Below, piece after piece: positions 1 to 12,460 of a stretch of 64,000 bases of DNA; the first letter of the stretch is position 1, and every line of letters starts with the position of its first letter. Both the position numbers and the translations under genes were made by a program. The stretch spans positions 27,528,001-27,592,000 of the forward strand of contig OX638165.1 of the NCBI GenBank assembly GCA_951804945.1, written 5' to 3'. A model generated the notes under the pieces. It saw only the letters and a program-made list of their open reading frames with translations. It was not told where the DNA came from and searched no databases. This DNA is from Podarcis cretensis (taxonomy: Eukaryota).

Positions 1-1416
1 AGTTTGATGGAGGAGGAGGATTTTGCTGTTGCACCTTTTTTTTTTGCTTTGAGTTGCAGCCTAATTTTTTGACTCCACAGAGAGAAATTTAAAAAGAAAT
101 GCTTGAAAGTATTCTTAAATAGTTTTGTGCCATGTGAGGTCCAACTATTGAGATAAAAGAGAAACCACAGCCAGCTCCTCTTTGGTTTGCAATAAATAAC
201 TAGGGAAGGGAATAAATAGGAGGGGAGGTAACAGGAGTACGTTTTCTGAATAGGTTGTTGGGCGTATATTTTTCATGGGGGTAGGATTTGTGGTGGATTG
301 CACTATATTGCTGTATTATCTAGTGTGCTAGGTATTGTGTAATTCCTACTCTCTCAAGACACTGACACTTCAGTCTGTAGTGTGTGTATGGGAGAGACAA
401 GGCTTACTTAAAAGGCATAGTATGATTGTGTGGGTGTGGCAAGGAATCTCTGAAGCCTTGTGGGTAAAATGGGCAAATGAGGGAGGATGTTAAATGTCTA
501 ATGATGTGCAAATGTTGGAAGGGGTGATGGTGGGAAAGTTTCTGATGAAGATATTATCAAATTGTTTGTAACTCTGCAAAGCATTGTACAACTTTAAACT
601 AGTCCCCCTGTCCATCCCTGCAATTTTGTATTTGTTAAAAATAGAATAATAAAGTTCCTTAATTGCATCATTTAATCTCTGAAATAACCTTAAAATAATA
701 TACTAGATGTTCTGTGCCTTGAAGCAATACAGAAAAATAGTTTGGAGAAGAAAGGAATCAAAATAATGTAGGAGGAGTTGGGAATCCTGTTTGATGGGAG
801 GGAGTTCTTGCGAGCTGTACAAAGGGTATCTTGTGGGCAAATAGTTCTAGGATGTAAGAAAATGTGGAATTCCTGCTTGAGGGTGAAGACAGTTAAGTCT
901 GTAGATATAGTGATGAGAATACCTTGGTCTGCATTCCCGGAGGTGGGTGGGGCAACTCAGACATCTGTGGCCAATTAGGTCGTCCTATAATGAGCCAAGC
1001 TCAGCAAAAGGTGTCTGCAACACACTGCATTTGTTCAGTCTAATTTAAGTAGTGTGTAGGTTGTTCAGCTCAACCCCCAAGGTGGGGTCTGTGTTTTACT
1101 GAAGTACATCTGGCACATAAAGTGTTGAGCATATTGGTCTCTTCTTGCAGAAATAATTTATATGTTTGATCTTACATGCTTGATTTGTTAAAACAGTGTG
1201 AGGAGATAAACTGCATGTATATTCATTAGCTCATCAGAAATACGAACAGATGGTTCAACTTTGTGTCTCCAGAACAAATTCTGGGGTGTGTTTAAGAGAG
1301 TGGCTGGATGGTTCTGGAAATTAAGCCACTATACAGTAAAGACTTTTAGCTGGTGTAGTGTATGGATCTACCAGCACCAGTTAACATTTTGAATTCTTGT
1401 CCATTGTGCTTTGTAG

Positions 1417-1587
<171 letters not shown>

Positions 1588-3413
1588 TAGAATTCTTAGA
1601 GGAAGAGGAAAATTCAGACTGAGGGACGGAACAGTTAAAATTATTTCTAACTAAACATGTGTCCACAGATTTCTTAACTGGCAAAGCTGATTTTGTATGT
1701 GTAGGAGTGTTCTGGCCTGCCAGGGAATAGTTGGACATTTTCCTGCATTTCCTTCACAGCCTAGTCTATGTGGGTGGTCTTAACTGCATGTCTGTGTTCC
1801 TAGAGGGTTGTCAAGCATCTGTGATCTTCTGACTTTGGCAGAGCTTGCAAGAAGCTTGCCAGATCTGCTGTGACAGTGGGCAAGCTTATATCTGCATAAG
1901 TAAGACAGTGTGGAAGCATACACATTTGTTCCTTGAACATGAGAAAAGTACAAAACCTTAAAACATTCCTTAGCATAGCTCTTAACAAGTTGTAGCAAGA
2001 TACACCCTGCATTTGCAACAGTGCTATTCAACAATTCAGCACTACGAAGGCAGGCCACAGCAAACCTCATGGTTTATTGCTACCATCTTCTAAAGCATGT
2101 TTTTGAAGAGTTTGGTAGCCCTTGCTTGTATTTTAACCTAGCCTCAATTTGGTATGATGATCACTTGGAAATACTGATTAGTTTTAGCTATAATTATGAT
2201 TAGCGGAAACAAGTTGGTTTCAAATCAAAGCAGGCTTTTTTCATTAACCAGTTAAGATTAACCACAATTCATGGTTTGAGTGCAACAGTAAATTGTAGTT
2301 AATTGAATCAGCTTGTGGGCACACTGGAAGAGGCGCTAACTTACAGTTTAATAGTGTACAAACCTGGCCATTCAGACTGTTTTGCATGTGGACTGGGGGG
2401 GGGGGAGAGAATGTAGTAGACACTCAAGACTTGCTGCATTAGCCACTATACGTTTAGGATTTGTCTGATTCAGGGGTCTGCAACCTAAGGCCCAGGGACC
2501 CCCACCGCCTGCTCATGGACCCCTGCCGCCCGCTCTCCTCCTGCTCCGTGCCAGAAGGAGCCCTGGAAATAGCGTTTGCGCGTGCTTGTGTGCGGGACCG
2601 TGAACCAGCCCAAGCCACAAAAACTTGGCCGACCGCTGGATTGAATCCTACTCCAGTACAGGGACACAAGTGATTTAATATTAGCTGATATAATAGTGTA
2701 TTAAATGCATAGTCTGGTACAAGGATGGGAGTAATCCCTATAAAAATCAGTACTCTGAAATTTGCTAAGCAATATATTGATATAAATTGGTTGAATATCA
2801 ACTGCTCCAAGCCTCTGTAAAAGAGAATTCGTGTTTCCAAGATTTAGTAAAACATTACCATAATAAACCCTCAATTTCTTTCACAACATTATTTTTCAGA
2901 ATAAATATAGATGAGAAATTACAGTGCTAACAATGCATAACTGTCCCTTTTTAAGCACACCATATCCTGGTCGCACCCCCCCCCCAAAACTTTAGGATTG
3001 GCTGATACTGTCATAGTTGCTTTGAACGAGGTTTTCTTTACTGCATCTTTGTTGCAAGCCATTACTTAAATGCCATTACTTTAATAATTTCCAAAATGAC
3101 TTACCAAATCTTGTGAGGTACAAGGTGAAATAGATTCTTTATTGTTCCATAGACATTACTTTCTTAAGTCAGTTGAATTAAGAAGCCACACTTAAATAGA
3201 TAGCACAGAGGAGTATTGTACTACTAATTATTAGTTGTATACATGCAGGTCCTGCTATCCGCATGCTTGCAATGCGAAAATTCACTTATCCTTCTGCCCA
3301 AACCTTGCTATGAGGACCGATAGCCAAAGAACTGACTTCCTTGCTGTTTGTGCTTTGCTAGTTGGAAGTGGGGAGCCAAGAACAAAGGAATTGGGGCAGG
3401 GGAGATAAGACAT

Positions 3414-3546
3414 GGGTTTCCCATACTTGGGTCTTCAACTGGTTTTGGACTGCAACTCTCATCATTCCTACATAGTATGACCATTGGTCAGGGATGATGG
3501 GAACTGTAGTCCAAGAACAGCTGGAGATCTAAGCTTGGGAAACTCT
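3414..3546. mobile_element. Palindromic non-autonomous DNA element (MITE)
   Basis: Arms gggtttccca..ttggactgcaactctcatcat and gatgatgggaactgtagtccaa..tgggaaactc are imperfect reverse complements; many related copies in the window. Confidence 0.6.
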
Positions 3547-3741
3547 GGGTTAGGCAAATCTGTTTTCCTCTGTTCTCTTGCAGATTAGCTGCAAACATTT
3601 CAGGAACTTTGGTGGGGGTGGGGGAGAGAGGTTGGACAAATCCCAAATTAGAAATATTTCCATAGGAAATGATGAAATGGTGGACTTTGTTACAAAAGTA
3701 GGACCTGTGCGTAACTTCTCTTCCTAAACCCAGACAGCCTG

Positions 3742-5474
3742 AACGGGCCGGGGCGGGAGAGTGCTAGAGTCCTGTCTGGTCAAGTTGTGTGGGATCAATT
3801 CCAAGCTGTTACCTCCGAGGATGTGGACAGGCTGCTCGGACGAGTGAAGTCAACCACCTGTCTCCTGGATCCTTGCCCATCCTGGCTTATAAAAGCTAGC
3901 CGGGAAGGACTGGGCGATGGGCTTCGTGGGGTGGTGAATGCTTCCCTCCGTGAGGGAGCCTTCCCAGACCCGCTGAAAGAGGCGGTTATTAAACCGCTTC
4001 TTAAAAAACCATCTCTAGATGCGGCCACGATGGCCAATTATCGCCCAGTCTCAAACCTTCCATTCTTGGGCAAGGTGATTGAGCGAGTGGTTGCTGAACA
4101 ACTCCAGGCACGCCTGGAAGAAGCGGACCATTTGGATCCCTTCCAGTCGGGATTCAGGCCTCATCATGGGACTGAAACTGCCTTGGTCGCACTGGTTGAT
4201 GACCTCCGGCGGGCTAGGGACAAAGGTGAGAGCTGTTTCCTAGTTCTGCTGGATCTCTCAGCGGCGTTTGATACCATCGACCATGACATCCTTCTGGACC
4301 GTCTTGAGGGGCTGGGAGCTGGGGGCACTGTCATACAGTGGTTCCGCTCCTTCCTCCTAGGCCGTGTTCAGAAAGTGGTGGTGGGGGATGAGTGTTCAGA
4401 CCCCTGGGCTCTCACTTGTGGGGTGCCTCAGGGTTCTGTCCTCTCCCCCATGCTTTTCAACATCTACATGCAGCCGCTGGGAGGGATCATCAGGAGGTTT
4501 GGGCTGGGTGTTCATCAGTATGCAGATGATACCCAGCTCTACCTCTCTTTTAAATCAGAACCAGTGAAGGCGGTGAAGGTCCTGTGTGAGTGTCTGGAGG
4601 CGGTTGGAGGATGGATGGCGGCTAACAGATTGAGGTTGAATCCTGACAAGACAGAAGTACTGTTTTTGGGGGACAGGAGGCGGGCAGGTGTGGAGGATTC
4701 CCTGGTCCTGAATGGGGTAACTGTGCCCCTGAAGGACCAGGTGCGCAGCCTGGGAGTCATTTTGGACTCACAGCTGTCCATGGAGGCACAGGTCAAATCT
4801 GTATCCAGGGCAGCTGTTTACCAGCTCCATCTGGTACGTAGGCTGAGACCCTATCTGCCTGCAGACTGTCTCGCCAGAGTGGTACATGCTCTGGTTATCT
4901 CCCGCTTGGACTACTGCAATGCGCTCTACGTGGGGCTACCTTTGAAGGTGACCCGGAAACTACAACTAATCCAGAATGCGGCAGCTAGACTGGTGACTGG
5001 GAGCGGCCGCCGAGACCATATAACACCGGTCTTGAAAGACCTACATTGGCTCCCAGTACGTTTCCGAGCACAATTCAAAGTGTTGGTGCTGACCTTTAAA
5101 GCCCTAAATGGCCTCGGTCCAGTATATCTGAAGGAGCGTCTCCTCCCCCATCGGTCTGCCCGGACACTGAGGTCCAGCTCCGAGGGCCTTCTGGTGGTTC
5201 CCTCCCTGCGAGAAGCAAAGCTACAGGGAACCAGGCAGAGGGCCTTCTCGGTGGTGGCGCCCGCCCTGTGGAATGCCCTCCCATCGGATGTCAAGGCGAT
5301 GGACAACTACCTGACATTCAGAAAACATCTGAAGGCAGCCCTGTTCAGGGAAGTTTTTAATATGTGATATTTTAGTGTATTTTTCATCTCTGTTGGAAGC
5401 CGCCCAGAGTGGCTGGGGAAACCCAGCCAGATGGGCGGGGTACAAATAATAAATTATTATTATTATTATTATTA
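3742..5474 (+). mobile_element. 5'-truncated young L2-clade LINE in the DYNLL1 intron
   Basis: RT ORF followed by a short 3'UTR stem-loop (5401-5437) and a (TTA)n tail at ~5453-5474; CpG-rich relative to flanks; 5' edge approximate. Confidence 0.9.
3787..5367 (+). CDS. L2-clade ORF2 fragment: reverse transcriptase plus C-terminal region, no endonuclease
   Basis: 526-aa stop-free frame with NYRPVSNL, QSGFR, LLDLSAAFDT, GVPQGSVLSP, QYADDTQLY and the L2-type HITPVLKDLHWLPV motif. The start is a truncation point, not a true initiator. Confidence 0.88.
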   Translation: MWDQFQAVTSEDVDRLLGRVKSTTCLLDPCPSWLIKASREGLGDGLRGVVNASLREGAFPDPLKEAVIKPLLKKPSLDAATMANYRPVSNLPFLGKVIERVVAEQLQARLEEADHLDPFQSGFRPHHGTETALVALVDDLRRARDKGESCFLVLLDLSAAFDTIDHDILLDRLEGLGAGGTVIQWFRSFLLGRVQKVVVGDECSDPWALTCGVPQGSVLSPMLFNIYMQPLGGIIRRFGLGVHQYADDTQLYLSFKSEPVKAVKVLCECLEAVGGWMAANRLRLNPDKTEVLFLGDRRRAGVEDSLVLNGVTVPLKDQVRSLGVILDSQLSMEAQVKSVSRAAVYQLHLVRRLRPYLPADCLARVVHALVISRLDYCNALYVGLPLKVTRKLQLIQNAAARLVTGSGRRDHITPVLKDLHWLPVRFRAQFKVLVLTFKALNGLGPVYLKERLLPHRSARTLRSSSEGLLVVPSLREAKLQGTRQRAFSVVAPALWNALPSDVKAMDNYLTFRKHLKAALFREVFNM

Positions 5475-5726
5475 TATCCCTGCAGCACTTCTCAAGCTAC
5501 TTGCTCCAAAATAGTCCAGTTAATGTCAGTATGTTATTATAGTTTCAATGTGATTTGTGGACTGCAGTCTTCCATTGTCTCATACATGGCAAGAACAAAA
5601 GTTAAGTCACTGGGCTATGTTGTTGCATGTTTCTTGTATGTATAGCTCAAGAGGTTAGAAGACTGCATTGTATATTCTTTCCAAACCCATGAGTGAAGCT
5701 GTTCACTTGAGAAGCTAAGCTATTAA

Positions 5727-5879
<153 letters not shown>

Positions 5880-6122
5880 AACATGGGACTGTTCCACCCC
5901 AAACATGCATTTGGTTACAGGACTGCACGCTAATTCCAAATAGACTGAAGTCTTCAGCCTTCCCCAGGGAACATACCTTGATCTTCAAGCCTTTTGTTGT
6001 TTTAATGGACAGGTACTCCTCTGTACCATTTTGTGTTTTTGTTGTGGCCATAAAAAAATAGCAAAAAAGTAATCTTGTATGTATTTTCTTTACAAAAAGC
6101 AACCCGCAAGTCCTAATTTTCT

Positions 6123-6128
6123 AATAAA
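6123..6128 (+). terminator. DYNLL1 polyadenylation signal
   Basis: AATAAA about 245 nt after the stop codon. Confidence 0.7.
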
Positions 6129-7333
6129 ACCTTTGGGCATACATTCAATCTTTAAGAGCTTGTTCTAATACTTCCATATTTGGCCAACTCTCCTATGACT
6201 ACCAGCTTTGCACTGCAGACTTGAAATAGCAAATTATTTGCCAAAATCAGGGGTGACTGACTTGTGGCCTTCTGGATGTTTCAGATTACAACCCCCATTA
6301 GCCATGTTGCTTGAGATTGGTGTGAGTTTGAATCCAAAAACATCTGGAGACCATAGTTTTCTGTCTACTGAACGAACTGGATTTGCCTTTGGCAAAACAG
6401 CGCTAGCATTGGAGCCAATAGGACCTGTAAACTATTCCGTGTTGCATCTGATTCTTAAACATATTTACTTGTAAAATGACATAACTGACTCATCCAGTGG
6501 GACTTTCAAGCAAGTATGTACGAGGTTGCACAAGCTTATGCATAAATTGGAAGGGATCCCAGTGTGTTCATTGTCTTTACAAGTAATTTTGCATGAGACT
6601 GCAATCTAGGGTGTATCTAATGCCTGCAAAGATGATCTTTACTCACCAGTATGCATGCTTTGATGATTAATGCAGTGTACAAAAGGAACAACTGAATTTA
6701 AATTACATTCTGGTCAGTGTGATTCTTTAGTTAGAAATATGTGCCAGACTTATTGTCGCCTCTAAAAATGTTCAGTGATTCCTGATTATTCAAATTCCAA
6801 TATGGAATATTTTAATACATAACATTCTAACCTAATGTAATCAAAAGCATTTACAATACTTGTTCCCAGTAGCATACTTGCACTGTTTTTTTGGTATCAT
6901 AGTACTTACGGCAGGGCATATTGATGTAAGGAACAGTGCTAGAATGCCTGTCTAAAGCCCAAGGATTAAAACATACCACTGCTTGGAAAAAGAATTATCA
7001 CCTAGCTTAGCAGGATGTGCAACTCCTGCTTGTTTCACTGACATGTCAGATCTCCTTTTCCCACAATCCAAATCAAGCATTTTACGAAGACCTGTTGTTC
7101 TGTACACTGGAGTGCATGCTCAACTTTTCCAATTGAAAATGTTTGCAACTTTGGAGAATGCAACATTAATTTGTAATGAGTTGGTAGCTCTTTGGTAGTT
7201 AAGATTTTTTTTGCAAAGGCTGCTACTACTTTTCATTGCAAATATATCACTTGATGGTAGTCGTGCAAGTTCATCTCCTGCTCTTTTCGGGGGGAGGTCA
7301 ATAGCATCCAGACTGGAAAATTATTTGCAGAAA

Positions 7334-7479
7334 ATCATAGAACTGCAGAGTTAGAAGGGACACGGAGAATCGTCTAGACCAACCCTTGCAATGCAGGACT
7401 ATGCAGCTGTCCTATATGGGGATTGAACCTGCAGCCTTGGTTTTATCAGCACCATGCTCTAACCAACTGAGCTATCCAG
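7334..7479 (-). mobile_element. SINE with tRNA-Ile-like head and CR1-like tail
   Basis: Minus strand reads gctggatagctcagttggttagagcatggtgctgataaaaccaagg..ggttcaatcccc, then cctgcattgc..cccttctaactctgcagttctatgatt. Confidence 0.7.
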
Positions 7480-8569
7480 CTTTCACTGTAGGTGTAAGTA
7501 CAGATACCCAATGTGCACCTTCATCAAACTTTAAATACTGTATGTAGTTTGTGCAAATACTTGCTCCTCTGTGCTAGTTACTCCTTTTTCTAATGTAGAT
7601 ATTAAATCCTGCCAAAAGTAGTGATGATGGAGGGCAGGCAGTCCATGAAGACTTACTGCCACTCAACAGTATCCAGGGGCTTCGGTTCAGGAGATGCAGC
7701 ACTACACCAAGAATGGCAGTGCCCAAGCTTTCTTCACATACAGGAACAATATTTATCTAACTCCTCACACGTTGAATCTATTGTAATCATGCAGTAACAC
7801 ATACATGATGCTACTATTTAAAGGATGGGGGGGCAGCTCCTTAACCTCATGGTAGAGTTGAAGAGAAGAAATAACATGGTAGTTACACATGCTTACATTA
7901 CATCAGATGAGGATTATGAGTGTGTTGGTATAGGGCAGTATATAAATTCAATAAATAATAGTTGTAGATGAGGACCTCCATCTTGGTAATTAGAGTATGT
8001 ACCTGTGGTTGTCCTCTACACAGAGGCTATATCCGTTTTGAGGTTCAAACAAATTACAAGTCTTATTTCAATGAAACAAAGAAATTTGAAAATTAATATA
8101 TATATATTTAATAAATACAGCAAGAAATCTGGTGCTTCAGTGACTTTTACCCAGTAAGTGCAGACCTCTTTGTTTTTAAGGCTAGTTGGTGCCACACATG
8201 GCTACACAAAAGGTGGTTGACATGATTGAAATAGGAAATTACTTGAGTCTTAAAATGCAGCTGCCCTCATGAACAGAACTGCCTAAACTCATCAGATTTT
8301 AAAAAAATTCTCACTGAAATAAAAGTCCCATCTTCCAGTGGTTCACGTGTTGTTCCCTAGCAAGATGAGGCAGATGCTTACCCAGCTGTCACATGACTAT
8401 AGCAGCAGAATACAGCAGCTGACTGATAACTGAAATTTAATTCCCCAAGGGATTAGTGTGCTTTGATGGCATGATGCCGAGTGTGTTGCAAGGCCATAAC
8501 CATTTGAATTTGGCCATCAGAGTTCAGTCCACCCTTTCATTTTAAAACTTGTACGCTGTAAGATGAAAG

Positions 8570-8671
8570 TCATAACTTGAAGCCGGAGTGAATAGCCACA
8601 ATGCCTGAACCCAGGTTCTGATAGTCCACCTTCAGAAAGCCTGCATCTTCAATCATCTCCTTGAATTCTAC
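8570..8671 (-). CDS. COQ5: COQ5 methyltransferase, exon 7 (last)
   Basis: VEFKEMIEDAGFLKVDYQNLGSGIVAIHSGFKL-TGA; acceptor at 8673-8672. Confidence 0.96.
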   Translation of the reverse strand, partial: VEFKEMIEDAGFLKVDYQNLGSGIVAIHSGFKL

Positions 8672-8809
8672 CTGGAATGCAACAATGGTGATACTGTCAA
8701 TAAGTGATGAAACTGGGATTCTTGAACATTTCACAGTGCACCTCACCTGGGACACTTGCTGTGTACAATCCTAGGAAGTACAATTGCAGTCTCAATGTTT
8801 ATAGACTTA

Positions 8810-8995
<186 letters not shown>

Positions 8996-8999
8996 TCAA

Positions 9000-9298
9000 T
9001 CTCCTTTCTTGCCATTTGAAACCTTTGACTCGAGTCCTACCCTCTGAAGCAGGATAAAACAAGCTTGCTCCAACTTCCATGTGAAAACCCTTTAGATATT
9101 TGAAGATGGCTATCATATCACCTCTCAATCTTCTCCAGGCTAAACACCCAGTTCCCTCAAACCTTCCCCACAAGGCTTTATCTTATTGGTTGCCTTCTGC
9201 ACATCTTCCAACTCGTCAATATCCATTTTAAACTGCTGCCCAGAACTGTACAAAATACTCCAGGTGGGGTCTGACCAAGGCAGAACAGAGTGGTACTT
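9000..9298 (-). mobile_element. CR1 LINE ORF2 C-terminal fragment (degraded)
   Basis: Broken frames give ..QFKMDIDELEDVQKAT.. and RRLRGDMIAIFKYLKG..EGRTR, typical of CR1. Confidence 0.8.
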
Positions 9299-9686
9299 CA
9301 AGGCTGGCCAGCTGTTCAAGGGCCACATGCCACCAAAAGCACACATGCACGTAGACCACACCACACATCCCCGTTACAGTGCTGGACTAAGGTGGTTTAA
9401 ACCTCTCTTCCCAGCCCAGTGCTGCAATGGAGAGTACACAGGAGAAAAGACAGGAACTGTCCTCCAGTGCTATGATAAAGATAAAGATATGATAAAGATA
9501 TGATAAAGAGGAAGATGGGGGCTGGGGGGCCCCTCATCTGCCAATCCTAACTCCCATCAGCCTCTTCCTGCAAGCTCCAGAATCCTATGTCCCAACTGGG
9601 GATGAGGGGAGTTGTAATTCAAAACTTCTGGAGGTAAACAACATTTGCTTAAGGGGATGAAAAAGAGAGAGAATCTCTAACCCAAC

Positions 9687-9775
9687 CTGGAAATGAAGGA
9701 GTTGTTGACATGACTGAATTCTAGGCAGAGGAATCTCCCTCCTGGTTTCAGGACTCGATAAGCCTCCTGAAGAGC
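9687..9775 (-). CDS. COQ5: COQ5 exon 5
   Basis: [29 protein letters not shown]; methyltransferase motif III; GT-AG. Confidence 0.96.
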
Positions 9776-10109
9776 CTGGGAAAAAAGGTGGAATGAAGAA
9801 GACATTAAGCATATTTATGATGCTTCACACAGTGCTATTCTGAGATCCAGAACATGGATTTGGTAAGGCAAGTTGTGTTCATGTTAATAAACACACTAAA
9901 TATAATTTAAGAACCGTTGCAAACTCTCAGTATATACCAGCTGCCTTTAGAGACAGTGATTGCCAGTTTTGAGCAAGTTAGAAGCAAGCTGCTGTGTGAG
10001 GGGTGACAGCAGCTGAATCCTAGGCTGCTATTCCTTTTGCCAGTCCCTGTTTTCCAGGCCTCCACTGCCTTCCCTTTCAATTTAATGATGTCCACCTAAA
10101 AGCTTTATT

Positions 10110-10793
10110 TTTGCAGCAAGAGAAATAAAATCAAGAGAAATGAATAGTTAAATGGATTCTCCAGGTAGCAGCTGGAAGAAGCTAGCCGGGAATGTAAAAA
10201 TAGGGTAAGCTATGGTGGAAGCTAGGACGCAGGTGGCGCTGTGGGTTAAAGCCTCAGCGCCTAGGACTTGCCGATCGAAAGGTCGGCGGTTCGAATCCCT
10301 GCGGCGGAGTGCGCTCCCGCTGCTCGGTCCCAGCGCCTGCCAACCTAGCAGTTCGAAAGCACCTCTGGGTGCAAGTAGATAAATAGGGACCGCTTACCAG
10401 CGGGAAGGTAAACGGCGTTTCCGTGTGCGGCTCTGGCTCTGGCCAGAGCAGCGATGTCACGCTGGCCACGTGACCCGGAAGTGTCTCCGGACAGCGCTGG
10501 CCCCTGGCCTCTTAAGTGAGATGGGCGCACAACCCCAGAGTCTGTCAAGACTGGCCCGTACGGGCAGGGGTACCTTTACCTTTACCTTTATGGTGGAAGC
10601 TAAATCTATGAGAAAGGGAGTAGGGATTAACTGGCAATACAATTATAAAGGAAATGTGAAATAAATATAAAATTATGAGGATTGTGGAGGGAGCTGGGGG
10701 AAGTCCAAAAGAATTTGGCATTATAGTGGATGTGAATGTGTTATTTAAATTTGTAAAAGAAAATTTTTCTAAAAAATTAATAAAAAAAAAAAA
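10110..10793 (+). mobile_element. Probable L1-like 3' end interrupted by the Sauria SINE
   Basis: Purine/A-rich tract ending in aataaa plus poly(A) at ~10779-10793; family and boundaries uncertain. Confidence 0.35.
10225..10588 (+). mobile_element. Full-length young Sauria-type SINE
   Basis: A box tggcgctgtgg, B box ggttcgaatcc, (ACCTTT)n tail; perfect 14-bp TSD tatggtggaagcta at 10211-10224 and 10589-10602. Confidence 0.92.
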
Positions 10794-11290
10794 AGAAAGG
10801 GAGTAGGGAGCCCCACCTGACAAAGCTTCAAGGTATTGAGCAAGTTAGGCACCTGTGCAAGTTTGGTAACAGGACAAGGAGACTCAGGGCAGACTACTCT
10901 CTCCTTTTGCCTTTTTTTTCCCTCCTGAAGCTGATCATAATCTCAGCATTATATTGACTCAGTCTCGTAAATCCCAAGTTCTCAAGTAAAGAAGCTCAAT
11001 GAATAACAACTAGGATGATTTTAGAAGCTGACTAAGCAAATACATGGGCAGATAATGACCATGTACTACTTCCAGCATTAACGGAAGTATTCCTCTCAAT
11101 ACCAGTTGCTGGAGAGCACATGTGCTGTTGTGCTCAGGTTCTGCTTGCCGAATTCCCATAGGCATGTGGTTGGACACTATGAGGCCAGGATAGTAGGCTA
11201 GATTGTCTGATCCCTTACCCCTCTCAATAACAATAAACACAGGAAAGCCATACCCTTCTCTCCCAGAGAAACAGAACGGTTGACTACACA

Positions 11291-11538
11291 AGGGTCAGCA
11301 ATTTTTTTCTGTAGGGGGCCTGTCCACTGTCCCTCAGACCCTGGGGGGGCAACTATATTTTTGGGGGGGGGGGAATGAACAAATTCCTATGCTCCACAAA
11401 TAACCCAGAGATGCATTTTAAATAAAAGGAAACATTCTACTCATGTAAAAACATGCTGATTCCCGGATCATCTGCGGGCCAGATTTAGAAGGCGATTGGG
11501 CTGGATCCAGCTCCCGGGCCTTAGTTTGCCTACCCATG
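11291..11538. mobile_element. hAT/Charlie-like non-autonomous DNA transposon
   Basis: Ends agggtcagcaa.. and ..gggccttagtttgcctacccatg resemble Charlie-type termini, with gggcc subterminal motifs. Confidence 0.55.
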
Positions 11539-11625
11539 GACTACATGGACCTCGCTCTGATCCAGCAGAGCAAGCTGCTGTGTTCTTCAAAGAGTAAAAT
11601 CCAGCAAGATCTGACCAATGCTCAC

Positions 11626-11732
11626 CTGGTCTATATGAGTGACATTCCGGATACCAAAGGCAATTGTGTATATGTCAAAACTGTCATTGTTGAAGGGCAA
11701 CTCTTCAGCATCTCCAAGCACCCAGGATAATC
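11626..11732 (-). CDS. COQ5: COQ5 exon 4
   Basis: [36 protein letters not shown]; GT-AG, phase 1 to 0. Confidence 0.96.
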
Positions 11733-11939
11733 CTTTGAAAGAATGTAAAGGGAAACTGCTCAGCGGCACACCCTAAGCAACTTTTAGGAAGGCTGTGTCA
11801 TTAAAGGAAACCAGACTGCTAGGAGAGTATCTACCCTCATTTACAGGCAAAAGTCAACTTAAAGCAAACCAGCACAAGATGGCACACATGTATGGAGTAA
11901 AGCTTAAAAAGACACTGCTGTAGCTGTAATATTCCATAC

Positions 11940-12460
11940 GAACATATGAAAAGCCTGCTGGATCTGGTCAACCAGATGCCTGTGGAAAACCAGCAAGCAG
12001 GATTCAAGCACACAAGCACTCTCCCCTTTTGTGGTTTCCAGGAACTGGTACTCAGAAGCATTGCTGCCTTCAACCTTAGAGCTGAGCACAGCCTTCATGG
12101 CTAGTTTCTCCTCCGTGAATTTGTCTTAATTATTTTTTAAAGCCATCTGGTAGGTGGCTATCACTGACTCCTGTAGGAGTGAGTTCCACAGTTCAACTAT
12201 GTGCTGTGTGAATAAGTCGTTTATCTGCCCTGAATCTTCCAATATACAGCTTCATTGGGTGCCCATTAAGTTCTAGTAACAAAATCATAGAGTTGGAAGC
12301 GACCCTAAGGGCCATCTACTCCCTGCAATGCAGGAATCTCAACTAAATGTGAGAGAGGGAGAAAACTATTTCTCAATCCACTTCCTTTATGCCATGCATA
12401 ATTTTATAAACTATCATGTCGCCAGTCACTCACCTCTTCTCCATACCTTCAAAGAATAAC
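11940..12460 (-). mobile_element. Old CR1 3' region with a small SINE-tail insert (~12283-12340)
   Basis: aacatatgaaaagcctgctggatc..caaccagatgcc block recurs at ~18130-18495, 34433-34670, 37984-38175, 43850-43995 and 58205-58380. Confidence 0.6.

Noticed and set aside
1-960. Possible degraded retroelement in the upstream DYNLL1 intron
   Set aside because: Strand-biased composition, but no recognisable protein motif or termini.
3584-5367. In-frame DYNLL1-reverse transcriptase fusion
   Set aside because: The cryptic acceptor joins in a different frame from the RT and stops at 3725-3727.
7410-7479. tRNA-Ile gene on the minus strand
   Set aside because: Multiple stem mismatches and an attached LINE tail; SINE.
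8107-8112. COQ5 polyadenylation signal (ATTAAA, minus strand)
   Set aside because: Only variant hexamers found (also 8436-8441); cannot choose without 3'-end data.
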